Below are positions 49,024 through 58,259 of a stretch of 64,000 bases of DNA, one piece after another. This DNA comes from Bacteroidota bacterium (GTDB lineage Bacteria; Bacteroidota; Bacteroidia; Bacteroidales; FEN-979), in assembly GCA_043810345.1 (NCBI GenBank), contig JBDROF010000102.1, positions 22,118 to 86,117 on the forward strand, in the 5' to 3' direction. The first letter of the stretch is position 1. Each line of letters begins with the position of its first letter. The notes beneath the pieces are model-generated. The model was given only the letters and a program-made list of their open reading frames with translations, was not told the DNA's origin and searched no databases. The translations under genes and the position numbers were made by a program.

Positions 49024-49055
49024 CTTCATGACCTCATGACCTCATGACCTCATGA
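49024..49055 (+). repeat. four phased octamers CTTCATGA CCTCATGA CCTCATGA CCTCATGA
   Basis: Read directly. Same family and same gene-relative orientation as 42694-42733. Confidence 0.95.
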
Positions 49056-49072
49056 CCCTATAACTATTGACG

Positions 49073-49093
49073 AATGACCAATGACCAATGATC
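49073..49093 (+). repeat. three heptamers AATGACC AATGACC AATGATC containing the GNAT start codon
   Basis: The ATG at 49088 is the ATG of the third unit. The two upstream unit ATGs open 5-codon out-of-frame mini-ORFs (MTNDQ*, MTNDP*). Confidence 0.9.
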
Positions 49094-49624
49094 CATAACC
49101 TCCTCACCGGCCCCTCACTAGCCCTCAGGGCTGTTGAACCCGTTGATGTGGATCTCCTGCTGAAGTGGGAGAACGACACCTCCGTCTGGAAAGTGAGTAA
49201 TACCGTCACACCCTATTCAAGGTTTGAGTTGGAGGAGTATGTCCTGAATGCCAAACGGGATATCTTTTCTGCCCGGCAACTGAGGCTGATGATTGACCGT
49301 ATTGATGGCGTGGATCCTCCGGTAACCATCGGGACCATTGACCTGTACGATTTCGACCCGGTGCATCTCAGGGCAGGGGTTGGCATCATGATCGCCGAAG
49401 AGTTCCGGGAACAGGGTCATGCCAAAGAAGCCCTGAAGATGTTGATCCGATATGCGGTGGAAAGTCTTCTCCTGCATCAACTGTTCTGCCATATCTCATC
49501 AGACAACCACATCAGTATCAAAGTTTTTGAAAAACTTGGTTTCATCCGCTGCGGGGAGAAAAAAGAGTGGCTTAATTCCGGCGAAGGGTGGTTGGATGAA
49601 TACATATACCAACTGATTCTATAA
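49088..49624 (+). CDS. GNAT-family N-acetyltransferase (RimJ/RimL-like)
   Basis: 178-aa ORF with ...VGIMIAEEFREQGHAKEALKMLIRYA... (acetyl-CoA-binding motif-A-like region). Confidence 0.75.
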   Translation: MIHNLLTGPSLALRAVEPVDVDLLLKWENDTSVWKVSNTVTPYSRFELEEYVLNAKRDIFSARQLRLMIDRIDGVDPPVTIGTIDLYDFDPVHLRAGVGIMIAEEFREQGHAKEALKMLIRYAVESLLLHQLFCHISSDNHISIKVFEKLGFIRCGEKKEWLNSGEGWLDEYIYQLIL

Positions 49625-49629
49625 CATCC

Positions 49630-50694
49630 ATGCACCTCTTTTTTCGAATCACCATCCTGCGTATCCTTCCATTCCTTCTCCTGGCAGCTCTGCTTGTGGG
49701 TACAGAGCGGCTCTACTTCCGGATCCACACGGCTGTAATCGACCTGGGAGATGCCGATCATGCATGGTTAACTATTCCTACCGGGGCAGGGTTCAACCAG
49801 GTGAAAGACAGTCTGTACCATCATGATTACGTCAGCAAAAAGAAATTCTTTGAAAACTACGTTGAACTGGGGAAGTACGACCATTATTTCAAGCCTGGCA
49901 GGTACAGGCTCCGGAACCGGATGAATGCCCGGGAACTGGTTGATATGCTGATCATGGGATTCCAGACCCCGGTGAATGTTTCATTCCACAACATCCGGAA
50001 AAAAGAGGAGCTTGCGGGCAGGATCGCCCGTCAGATCGAGGCCGATAGCCTGAGCCTGCTGACGGTTCTTTCTGACAACACCATCCTTTCTCAATACGAC
50101 GTAACTCCTCTGACGGTGTTCACCTTGACCATCCCCAACACCTATGAGATGTGGTGGAATTCCACAGCAGAAGACTTTATGGCACGAATGGCAACAGAAT
50201 CCAGGAAGTTCTGGAAAGGGGCCCGGACACGGAAGGCCGATTCCATCGGTTTGACCATTCCTGAAGTGGTTACCCTGGCCTCCATCATTGAGAAGGAGAC
50301 CACGAAGAATGATGAAAAGCCTTTGATTGCCGGTGTCTATATCAACCGCCTTCAAAAAAAATGGCCCCTTCAGGCCGATCCTACCCTGATCTATGCATGG
50401 GATGATTTCACAATCAACCGGGTCCTGAACCGACATAAAAAGATAAATTCTCCCTATAACACCTATAAAAACAGAGGCCTTCCTCCTGGACCCATCTGTC
50501 TCCCCTCAATCACCTCGATCGATGCGGTGTTGAACTACCGGGATCATAAGAATATGTACTTTTGTGCGAAGGAGGATTTCTCAGGATACCACGTTTTCTC
50601 CTCCACCATGAGTGAGCATAACAGAAATGCAAGGCGGTATCAGGAGGCGTTTAATAGAATTAAGAATTCAGAATTCAGAATTACAAATATATGA
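49630..50694 (+). CDS. mltG: endolytic murein transglycosylase MltG (YceG-like)
   Basis: 354-aa ORF with an N-terminal TM anchor and the ...VTLASIIEKETTKNDEKPLIAGVYINRL...LQADPTLIYA...SPYNTYKNRGLPPGPICLPS... YceG signature. The C-terminal ...IKNSEFRITNI is encoded by a heptamer array. Confidence 0.88.
   Translation: MHLFFRITILRILPFLLLAALLVGTERLYFRIHTAVIDLGDADHAWLTIPTGAGFNQVKDSLYHHDYVSKKKFFENYVELGKYDHYFKPGRYRLRNRMNARELVDMLIMGFQTPVNVSFHNIRKKEELAGRIARQIEADSLSLLTVLSDNTILSQYDVTPLTVFTLTIPNTYEMWWNSTAEDFMARMATESRKFWKGARTRKADSIGLTIPEVVTLASIIEKETTKNDEKPLIAGVYINRLQKKWPLQADPTLIYAWDDFTINRVLNRHKKINSPYNTYKNRGLPPGPICLPSITSIDAVLNYRDHKNMYFCAKEDFSGYHVFSSTMSEHNRNARRYQEAFNRIKNSEFRITNI
50655..50682 (+). repeat. 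four phased heptamers TAGAATT AAGAATT CAGAATT CAGAATT
   Basis: Read directly, within the last 13 codons of mltG. Confidence 0.9.
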
Positions 50695-51647
50695 AGATGC
50701 GGGGATGGCTGATGGTGGGTATTTTGTCGCTATTCCAACTGAGCAGTGTTGGTCAACGGGTTTCTGACACAACAGATGCCAATTCCCTGTTTTCAGTAAT
50801 ACCCGGCCAGGTTCAACGGCGGCCTGTCGAGCAGAATCCCCTTTTTCCGGATACGCTGCATAAGGGACGGCTGATCGGAGTCCTCACAGCCCAGGGGGCC
50901 ATCTATATCGGATCCATGACCGGTCTCTACTTTTTGTGGTACAGGGATTACACACAAAGCAACTTCCACTTCTTCAACGACAACAGTGAGTGGCTCCAGA
51001 TGGACAAAATGGGCCATTTTTTCTCCTCCTACTATCTCAGCCGGGTGATGTACGCCTCCTACCGATGGGCCGGTGTGGAACGGAAAAAAGCCATCCTGTT
51101 CGGAAGTCTGCTCACCTATGCCTTCATGCTTAACATTGAAATCCTGGACGGTTTCTCAGCAGGTTGGGGATTCTCCTGGGGGGATCTCGCTACCAATACA
51201 GCCGGTTGTCTTCTTTTTGTGGGGCAGCAGTTTGGTTGGGATGAACAGCGCTTCCTAATCAAATATTCCTATCACCCGAGTAAATATCCGCAGTACAATC
51301 CAGAACTGCTTGGAAAGAACCTGATCCAGAACCTGGTGAAAGATTACAATGGAATGTCGTTCTGGCTCTCAGGGAATATTCATTCTTTCCTGCCCAGACA
51401 CTCCAACTTCCCTAAATGGTTGAATGTAGCGGTGGGCTATGGGGCAGAAGGCCTGGGTGTGAACAACCAGGAGTTTGACCGGTACCGGAAATTCTTCCTG
51501 TCCCTGGATGTGGATCTCACCAGGATCCCAACACGGTCAAAAGCATTAAAGGGAATCTTCACCATCCTGAATCTGGTAAAGATCCCCTTTCCGGCACTTG
51601 AATACAATACAAAAGGAGAGATTAAATTTCATGCCCTCTATTTCTGA
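50691..51647 (+). CDS. DUF2279-type membrane/lipoprotein of unknown function
   Basis: 318-aa ORF with a signal-like N-terminus and the region ...NSEWLQMDKMGHFFSSYYLSRV... as in DUF2279 proteins. Its ATGA start overlaps the mltG stop. Confidence 0.5.
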   Translation: MKMRGWLMVGILSLFQLSSVGQRVSDTTDANSLFSVIPGQVQRRPVEQNPLFPDTLHKGRLIGVLTAQGAIYIGSMTGLYFLWYRDYTQSNFHFFNDNSEWLQMDKMGHFFSSYYLSRVMYASYRWAGVERKKAILFGSLLTYAFMLNIEILDGFSAGWGFSWGDLATNTAGCLLFVGQQFGWDEQRFLIKYSYHPSKYPQYNPELLGKNLIQNLVKDYNGMSFWLSGNIHSFLPRHSNFPKWLNVAVGYGAEGLGVNNQEFDRYRKFFLSLDVDLTRIPTRSKALKGIFTILNLVKIPFPALEYNTKGEIKFHALYF

Positions 51648-51728
51648 GGCCATCAAAAAAAATCTACCTTTACCTTTGGGTTTTACAAATCAATCCACCA
51701 ATCCCTTCTGGGGAAGGATCGGTTAGCC

Positions 51729-53282
51729 ATGAAAATACTCCCTGTTGAAAAGATCCGGGAAGCAGACGCGTACACCATCGAACACGAGCCGATTACCGAC
51801 ATCGACCTGATGGAGCGGGCTGCCGGTAAATGTTTTGACTGGCTGTACCAGCATATACCCGCCACCCGCTCCGTTAAGGTATTCGCCGGAACAGGAAATA
51901 ATGGGGGTGACGGATTAGCCATCGCCAGAATGTTGGCTGAAAAAGGATACCTTGTAGAAGTAGTTCTTGCCGGTGATCCGGATACCCTTTCACCCAGTTG
52001 TAAACTAAATTACGACCGGTTTCTTGGGATCAAGGGTGGGAAAAGCAGATTTACCGTCCATTCAGCTCGGGGAAATTCAACTAAAGAGGCATCTCCCCTC
52101 CCTTTATGGGGAGGGGTCGGGGGAGGGGTCGTAATCATCGACGCCCTGTTCGGCAGTGGCCTGACGCGTCCCATCACAGGATTCCATGCAGATCTGATCC
52201 GGGCTGTCAACCAGTTGAAAGCACTCGTAGTCTCCATTGATGTCCCTTCCGGACTCTTCATCGATCAAACGGTAAAAGCGGAGAGCGATCCGGCTATCAT
52301 CCAAGCGGACTTCACGCTTACCTTTGCCCCGCCAAAACTGGCCTTCTTTTTTCCTGAAAATGACCCCTATATCGGGGAGTGGGTGCTGCTCGATATCGGA
52401 CTTTCAGAAGAGTACCTGAAACAGACGGAGGTGAAAAATTTCATGGTTACCGTGGCCAACGTCAAACCGCTTTTACGTAAACGTAATAAATTTGCTCACA
52501 AAGGAAATTTTGGCCACGCCCTGCTGATCTGTGGCGGAAAAGGGAAGATGGGAGCAGCCGTGCTGGCGGCAAGAGCCTGCCTGCAATCGGGGCCCGGACT
52601 GGTTACTGTGAGGGTTCCCCGTTCGGGAGTGGAGATCATGCAAACGGCCGTTCCGGAAGCCATGCTGGCGATCGATCCGGATGAAGAATACTACTCCGAG
52701 CTTCCCAAACTGGATGGATACACGGCCGTTGGGATCGGCCCTGGAATCGGTCTGGAGAAGTCCACAGGAAATGCTTTAAAGCATCTGATTCAGGAAGGTA
52801 TCCCGATGGTCATCGATGCCGATGCCATTACGATCCTGGGTGAAAATAAAACCTGGCTCTGTTTTCTTCCGCCAGGCAGCATCCTTACACCTCACCCCAA
52901 AGAGTTCGAAAGGTTAGCAGGCAAAACATCCAACGATTTCGAACGGAACCAGGTGCAACGGGAACTCTCTTTCAAATACTCCTGTTACATCGTATTGAAA
53001 GGAGCTTATACCGCCATCACCACACCCGACGGCAGATGCTTCTTCAACACCACCGGGAATCCCGGAATGGCTACCGGTGGAAGTGGCGATGTGCTGACCG
53101 GGATCATTACGGGATTGGTTGCCCAGCACTACCTTCCACTGGATGCCTGTTTGCTGGGAGTATACCTCCATGGACTAGCCGGTGACCTGGCTGCGGAAAT
53201 TACCGGCCACGAGGCATTGACTGCCGGAAAGATCATCCACCACCTTGGAAACGCATTTCTTTCGCTGTATGGAGAATTATGA
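51729..53282 (+). CDS. nnr: bifunctional NAD(P)H-hydrate repair enzyme Nnr (epimerase + ADP-dependent dehydratase), with an in-frame hairpin-element insertion
   Basis: 517-aa ORF with an N-terminal YjeF_N domain (...VFAGTGNNGGDGLAIARML...DALFGSGL...) and a C-terminal carbohydrate-kinase-like domain (...HKGNFGHALLICGG...GNPGMATGGSGDVLTG...). Confidence 0.88.
   Translation: MKILPVEKIREADAYTIEHEPITDIDLMERAAGKCFDWLYQHIPATRSVKVFAGTGNNGGDGLAIARMLAEKGYLVEVVLAGDPDTLSPSCKLNYDRFLGIKGGKSRFTVHSARGNSTKEASPLPLWGGVGGGVVIIDALFGSGLTRPITGFHADLIRAVNQLKALVVSIDVPSGLFIDQTVKAESDPAIIQADFTLTFAPPKLAFFFPENDPYIGEWVLLDIGLSEEYLKQTEVKNFMVTVANVKPLLRKRNKFAHKGNFGHALLICGGKGKMGAAVLAARACLQSGPGLVTVRVPRSGVEIMQTAVPEAMLAIDPDEEYYSELPKLDGYTAVGIGPGIGLEKSTGNALKHLIQEGIPMVIDADAITILGENKTWLCFLPPGSILTPHPKEFERLAGKTSNDFERNQVQRELSFKYSCYIVLKGAYTAITTPDGRCFFNTTGNPGMATGGSGDVLTGIITGLVAQHYLPLDACLLGVYLHGLAGDLAAEITGHEALTAGKIIHHLGNAFLSLYGEL
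52095..52130. repeat. GC-rich hairpin element (CCCCTCCC / GGGAGGGG family) inside nnr
   Basis: The sequence reads CCCCTCCCtttatgGGGAGGGGtcGGGGGAGGGGTC. An 8-bp stem pairs 52095-52102 with 52109-52116, and the G-rich arm is duplicated. It translates in frame as ..SPLPLWGGVGGGV... Confidence 0.85.
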
Positions 53283-53746
53283 AGAAGAAGCGCTGGAACA
53301 ACTTGTTCTGGCACCTTATATACAAAAAAGCACGGCGCTTCGCGGAAAGTTCAGGTATGTCGGAGGAAATCAGTTCCGCCATGCCTTTGGTACCTTCGCT
53401 ATCCTCCTGGATTATCATTACATCGACCCGGTGTTGCTGAAAGCCTCAATGATTCATGACGTGTTTGAGGATGTAAAATACGTATCCAGTTCTGAAAGAG
53501 GGATCCACCAGCGCCAAGGTGCTCAAGTGTGCTGACCGTATCAGCAACCTCACTGACCTGCATTCGGATACCTTCGACAAAGAGTTTATCAAAAAATACA
53601 TCGAAGAAACAAAGGAATTTGTGCTCCCTATGGCAAAGGAGGTCAACCAGCATATGCTGTACGAACTGAAGGATCTTATCAAAAAACGGGAATCGAGCCT
53701 AAGGTTCTCAACCCATATCTGGCCGTTGCACAGGAAAGAGGATTAA
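53269..53746 (+). pseudogene. HD-domain (metal-dependent phosphohydrolase) gene with an apparent frameshift near 53476-53480
   Basis: Frame 1 gives MENYEEE...NQFRHAFGTFAILLDYHYIDPVLLKASMIHDVFEDVK, then nonsense and a stop. The +1 frame opens at 53477 and gives ..TYPVLKEGSTSAKVLKCADRISNLTDL..., the expected continuation of a small HD protein. The switch point coincides with the run GTAAAATA. Confidence 0.6.
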
Positions 53747-55599
53747 TTCAATTGCGGGTTTAGAAGGAGGTCATTCTCCATCCGGAGATTATCGATGATG
53801 AAGCCCTGACGCTGAGGCGTATTTTTCCCCATGTAAAAGGCGAGAACCTCCTGGATAGAAGAATCTTTTGAAAGGAGAACCGGATCGAGACGAATGTTGT
53901 TTCCGATGAAATGGCTGAACTCATCCGGTGAGATCTCTCCTAACCCCTTAAACCTGGTGATCTCCGGATTTCCTCCCAACGTTTCAACAGCCTGCTGTTT
54001 TTCTTCCTCTGAGTAACAGTAAAAGGTCTTTTGCTTATTCCGGACACGAAACAGCGGGGTTTGCAGGATGTACAGGTGGCCGTTGCGCACCAGATCGGGA
54101 TAGAACTGCAGGAAGAAGGTCAGCAGCAACAGCCGGATATGCATTCCATCCACATCGGCATCGGTTGCAACCACCACATGATTGTATCGCAGGTTCTCCA
54201 GCCCCTCTTCGATATTCAGGGCAGCCTGTAACAGGTTGAACTCATCGTTCTCATAGACCACCCGCTTACTGAGTCCATATACATTGAGAGGTTTGCCTTT
54301 CAACGAAAATACCGCCTGGGTATTGACATCCCTTGCTTTGGTGATCGAACCGCTGGCAGAGTCCCCCTCGGTGATGAAGATGGTTGTCTCAAACTTCCGG
54401 TCTTCGTGATTGTTATAATGTATGCGGCAATCGCGGAGTTTCTTATTATGGAGGCTAACCTTCTTCACACTGTCTTTGGCGATCTTTTTGATATTTGCCA
54501 GTTCTTTGCGCTCCCTCTCGCTCTGCAGGATCTTCTTCAGCAACGACTCGGCCGTTTCGGAGTTGATGTGAAGGTAGTTATCGAGATGCCGCTTCACAAT
54601 ATCCATGATGTAGTTCCGGATGGTCTGTCCATCGGGTTCAATCAGCTGAGAGCCCAGTTTGGTTTTGGTCTGAGATTCAAACACGGGATCCTGCACCTTG
54701 ATGCTGATCGATGCCAGCAGGGAAGCTTTGATATCACTGGTATCAAAATCCTTTTTGTAAAACTCGCGGATGGTCTTCACCAGGGCTTCCCGGAAGGCGG
54801 CCAGGTGAGTCCCTCCCTGCGTGGTATGCTGCCCATTTACAAAAGAGTAATACTCTTCTCCGTACATCTCACAGTGCGTAAAGGCAAACTCAAAATCCCC
54901 TTCCTTTACATGCACAATGGGATACATTACCGGGGAATCGATATAACTCTTCAGCAGGTCGAGTAATCCATTGGAAGAGTGAAATTTCTCACCATTGAAG
55001 ATGATGGTCAGCCCGTTATTGAGGTAGGCATAATTCCACAACATCTTGGTGATGTACTCAGGGATGAAGTGGAAATTTCCAAACAGCTCATCATCAGGTG
55101 TGAACGTAACGATGGTGCCGTTCCTGAGTTCGCATTCGTTCTCCTCCTCCTCCTTCAGCAAAACCCCTTTCTGAAACTCCACGATCTTGGTCCTGCCTTC
55201 ACGGATCGACTGAACCTTGAAATAGTTCGTGAGGGCATTGACTGCTTTAGCTCCTACCCCGTTGAGCCCCACTGCTTTCTTAAAGACCTTGGAATCGTAT
55301 TTAGCGCCGGTATTGATCTTAGACACACACTCCACCACCTTCCCCAGCGGCATGCCACGTCCGTAGTCACGTACACAAACCTGCTGGTCATGAATGGTCA
55401 CCTCGATCGTCTTCCCGAATCCCATTACATACTCATCGATGGAGTTGTCGAGGATCTCCTTGATCAGCACATAGATCCCATCATCGGGAGAAGCTCCATC
55501 TCCGAGCTTCCCGATATACATCCCGGGACGCATACGGATATGCTGCTTCCAGTCAAGCGACCGTATCGTATCTTCCGTATAGTTATCGGGCTGAAACAT
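53743..55599 (-). CDS. parE: type IIA topoisomerase subunit B (topoisomerase IV ParE-like)
   Basis: The motifs are ...[17 protein letters not shown]..., the ATPase-lid region ...[14 protein letters not shown]..., the Toprim EGDSA and ...[11 protein letters not shown].... The start is set at the ATG at 55599, because the upstream 47 codons of the track ORF run through a repeat array. Confidence 0.8.
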   Translation of the reverse strand: MFQPDNYTEDTIRSLDWKQHIRMRPGMYIGKLGDGASPDDGIYVLIKEILDNSIDEYVMGFGKTIEVTIHDQQVCVRDYGRGMPLGKVVECVSKINTGAKYDSKVFKKAVGLNGVGAKAVNALTNYFKVQSIREGRTKIVEFQKGVLLKEEEENECELRNGTIVTFTPDDELFGNFHFIPEYITKMLWNYAYLNNGLTIIFNGEKFHSSNGLLDLLKSYIDSPVMYPIVHVKEGDFEFAFTHCEMYGEEYYSFVNGQHTTQGGTHLAAFREALVKTIREFYKKDFDTSDIKASLLASISIKVQDPVFESQTKTKLGSQLIEPDGQTIRNYIMDIVKRHLDNYLHINSETAESLLKKILQSERERKELANIKKIAKDSVKKVSLHNKKLRDCRIHYNNHEDRKFETTIFITEGDSASGSITKARDVNTQAVFSLKGKPLNVYGLSKRVVYENDEFNLLQAALNIEEGLENLRYNHVVVATDADVDGMHIRLLLLTFFLQFYPDLVRNGHLYILQTPLFRVRNKQKTFYCYSEEEKQQAVETLGGNPEITRFKGLGEISPDEFSHFIGNNIRLDPVLLSKDSSIQEVLAFYMGKNTPQRQGFIIDNLRMENDLLLNPQLN

Positions 55600-55692
55600 C
55601 CTGCTTCTCTTTCTACGCGGTGCAAAGGTAACGGATACGGCCTGTGATGAAGTATAGCTGGTGAAAGAGTTTTCAAAAAGAAATGAACAGGC

Positions 55693-55735
55693 GGACAAGG
55701 GACGAAGACTATTCATTCCTGCATTCCTGCATTGA
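55693..55735. repeat. GGACAAG GGACGAA heptamers followed by octamers TTCATTCC TGCATTCC TGCATTGA (reverse complement of the AGGAATG words)
   Basis: Read directly, between the flippase stop (55745) and the parE start. The reverse complement of CATTCCT is AGGAATG, the unit at 26230. Confidence 0.85.
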
Positions 55736-55744
55736 GGCATTATC

Positions 55745-57010
55745 TTAATTCCCCAATGACCTCCTCACCTCCGTCACCAACATCCGGATTTCCTCCTTCC
55801 GTATAAGAAAGTCTTTGGCCTTGACACCGGATAAGACAACAAAAGCAATCAACTGATACACAGTGGCGGATGTGTATGAACAGGATGCGGCAATCCCGGC
55901 GCCGATGATTCCGTAAACAGGGATCAGCCAGAGGCTGAGGGCGATGGTGAAGATCAGACCGATTCCGGAAGCAATGGCGCTGTGCATCGGTTTTCCCATC
56001 CCGGAAAAAAAGGCGCTGAGGAGAATGGAAAAAGAGAGTGAGATGATCCCGACCGTCAGGCTGATGATTACCGGTTTGATTCCACTGAATTCAGGCCCGA
56101 AAACGAACACAAAGAAACTGGCCGGCAACATCAGGATCAATCCTACGATCAGGGTGGAAACCAGCACTCCTACCTTGCTGAAAACGAGGGTTACCTTCAC
56201 TGCATAGTCCCATCTCTTTTCATTGCTGATCCTTGAAAGCTGTACCATTGAAATGCTGCGCGGGATGATCCAGACTGCTTCCGAAAGCTGAACACCGGTA
56301 GAATAGACGCCCAGTGCGGCTTTATTGATCATATGTTCGATAAAGTAATAACTCAACCGGTAATTGAAGAGCTGGAAGATATTGGCTGTTTGTGCCCAGG
56401 CACCAAAGGCAAGGATTTCACGGATAACCCGTTTCATGCCACTCAGCTCGCCCTTCTTCAACCGCGTCGTGATCAAGGCAACACTTGCCAGAAACATGAC
56501 GATGTAAGAAATATACATGGCATAAACATAGACCATTACCTCTCTGTTGGAAGTAAACAGGTAGAATGCCAGAAGGGTGGCGATCAGGGAGGTGATCTGG
56601 GCCACGGTAAGAACATTGATGGCCTTGATACGTTCCTGGCCAAGAAGGATCATGATATTCACGGTAAACAGGGAATGGAGTGTGGAAAGGATCATCACAT
56701 GCACGAAATAACCTTCCGGAATGGAATCAGTGAAATATAGCAACCCTGCACAGGCAATGGAGGCAATCACTCCCCAAATGTAGGAGGGGATAAAAAGTTT
56801 TAACAGAGGGGTCCTGGGGACAAGATATACCAGTGCCGCACCCCCGATAAAGTTATTCACCATTTGGACTATGGTGACAGCCAGGATGATCAGGCTGATC
56901 ACCCCCACCTTCTCGGCACCGAGATACCGGGCATTCATCACCACGATGACAAGCGTAAATATGGCCGCCAGGAACCGGGTGAAGATCGTGCCCATTATTT
57001 TTTTAAACAT
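55745..57010 (-). CDS. polysaccharide/oligosaccharide flippase (Wzx/MOP superfamily)
   Basis: 421-aa polytopic ORF with about 12 TM segments, adjacent to and overlapping a GT4 gene. Confidence 0.7.
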   Translation of the reverse strand: MFKKIMGTIFTRFLAAIFTLVIVVMNARYLGAEKVGVISLIILAVTIVQMVNNFIGGAALVYLVPRTPLLKLFIPSYIWGVIASIACAGLLYFTDSIPEGYFVHVMILSTLHSLFTVNIMILLGQERIKAINVLTVAQITSLIATLLAFYLFTSNREVMVYVYAMYISYIVMFLASVALITTRLKKGELSGMKRVIREILAFGAWAQTANIFQLFNYRLSYYFIEHMINKAALGVYSTGVQLSEAVWIIPRSISMVQLSRISNEKRWDYAVKVTLVFSKVGVLVSTLIVGLILMLPASFFVFVFGPEFSGIKPVIISLTVGIISLSFSILLSAFFSGMGKPMHSAIASGIGLIFTIALSLWLIPVYGIIGAGIAASCSYTSATVYQLIAFVVLSGVKAKDFLIRKEEIRMLVTEVRRSLGN

Positions 57011-58190
57011 CGTCCATGACTTGGGTATAAATTGCTGAGAGTTTATCCCCTACTGATTGAGGAGAGTAATAGTCCTGGACACTGGCCCGGATAGCCTCCC
57101 GGTCGAAGAAGTTACCCTGATCAAGCATATGGTCTATTGCCTCTACCAGTGATTGTTTGTCATTCGCCGGAATCAATATGCCGTTGCTGGGATTGATTAC
57201 TTCAGGAGCAATTCCAACCGCGGTAGAGACCACCGGAGTGCCGCAGGCCAGGCTCTCGATCAGTACGGTGCCAAAGGTCTCATACCGACTCGAAAGTACT
57301 GTAAAATCAGCCTGTTCATAGAGATCTGTCAGATCTTTCTGTGCTTTCAGTCCTGCAAAGAAAACTGTTTTTCCAAGTAGACCGAGATCCATAGCCGCCT
57401 GCTGCATCCGCTCCAGGTCGGGCCCTTCGCCTGCCAGCAGACACCGGAAATCTGACCTTCGCCTGGACAGCTCAGTAACCGCTTCAAGTAATCCACTGAT
57501 ATTCTTAGCCCGGTCATCAAAACAGGAGACATGTAAAAACTGTTTCTGGGAACCAGGTCTCTCCTGATGCCTGTCAACCTGGAGGGAAGTTTTAACCACA
57601 TTGGGGACCACAAAATAGTGATGATTGAATAGCCGGCAGGAGAGCAATGCCTGCTTCAGCACCTCTGAAACGGCAATCACCGCCGCCGCCTTCCCAACCA
57701 CATGCCGGGTGATCAGTTTCCGGAACCACCCCCGGTATGTGCCATTCTCCGGAAAGTATCTTGACCAGTGTTCCGAAATCACATGAGGAACACGGTACCG
57801 GCGACTCAGGTAATGGCCCATCAATGCTGTGCGTGTGAGAACATGCGAGTGTATGACATCAGGAATAAAATCACCTGCCACCTCTAATCCTCTCTGATGG
57901 GCCCGGTAGAAGCTTGAAAGGTTCAACGCCTGGTAGATCCCGGGAAGGACTGTCTCCGGAATCTTGTAATAGACCCGGACAGCCGTTACACCGTTTTCCT
58001 CTGCATAATCGATCTCAAATTCACTCGGGCAACCGGGATCAGGATGTGCATAAAGAACCACCACATGATGTTGGGTTGCAAGCGCTTCCGCTTGCCGCTG
58101 GATAAACAATCCCGGCATCGGATCATACCGGTTCGGGTACCAGCGGGGAAGAAACAGGATATTCAGCTTTTGGTCAGATGCAGAGGACAT
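57003..58190 (-). CDS. GT4-family glycosyltransferase
   Basis: 395-aa ORF with ...ILFLPRWYPNRYDPMPGLFI... and the C-terminal ...ETFGTVLIESLACGTPVVSTAVGIAPEVI... E-x7-E region. Confidence 0.8.
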   Translation of the reverse strand: MSSASDQKLNILFLPRWYPNRYDPMPGLFIQRQAEALATQHHVVVLYAHPDPGCPSEFEIDYAEENGVTAVRVYYKIPETVLPGIYQALNLSSFYRAHQRGLEVAGDFIPDVIHSHVLTRTALMGHYLSRRYRVPHVISEHWSRYFPENGTYRGWFRKLITRHVVGKAAAVIAVSEVLKQALLSCRLFNHHYFVVPNVVKTSLQVDRHQERPGSQKQFLHVSCFDDRAKNISGLLEAVTELSRRRSDFRCLLAGEGPDLERMQQAAMDLGLLGKTVFFAGLKAQKDLTDLYEQADFTVLSSRYETFGTVLIESLACGTPVVSTAVGIAPEVINPSNGILIPANDKQSLVEAIDHMLDQGNFFDREAIRASVQDYYSPQSVGDKLSAIYTQVMDDV

Positions 58191-58194
58191 GAAG

Positions 58195-58250
58195 CGAAAT
58201 TACGAATTACGAATGACGAATTACGAATGACGAATTATCCGGCATCCGGC
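58195..58250. repeat. eight phased heptamers CGAAATT ACGAATT ACGAATG ACGAATT ACGAATG ACGAATT ATCCGGC ATCCGGC
   Basis: Read directly in a single 7-nt phase, between the nadR-like stop (58260) and the GT4 start (58190). The minus-strand reading is AATTCGT, as at 45038. Confidence 0.95.
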
Positions 58251-58259
58251 ATCAAATCA

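Noticed and set aside
48491-49029. Minus-strand ORFs of 124-129 aa overlapping dapF
   Set aside because: They are generated by the tandem arrays, which are open in several frames (CGLRTADCGLWTADCGL...), and lie antisense to a well-supported gene.
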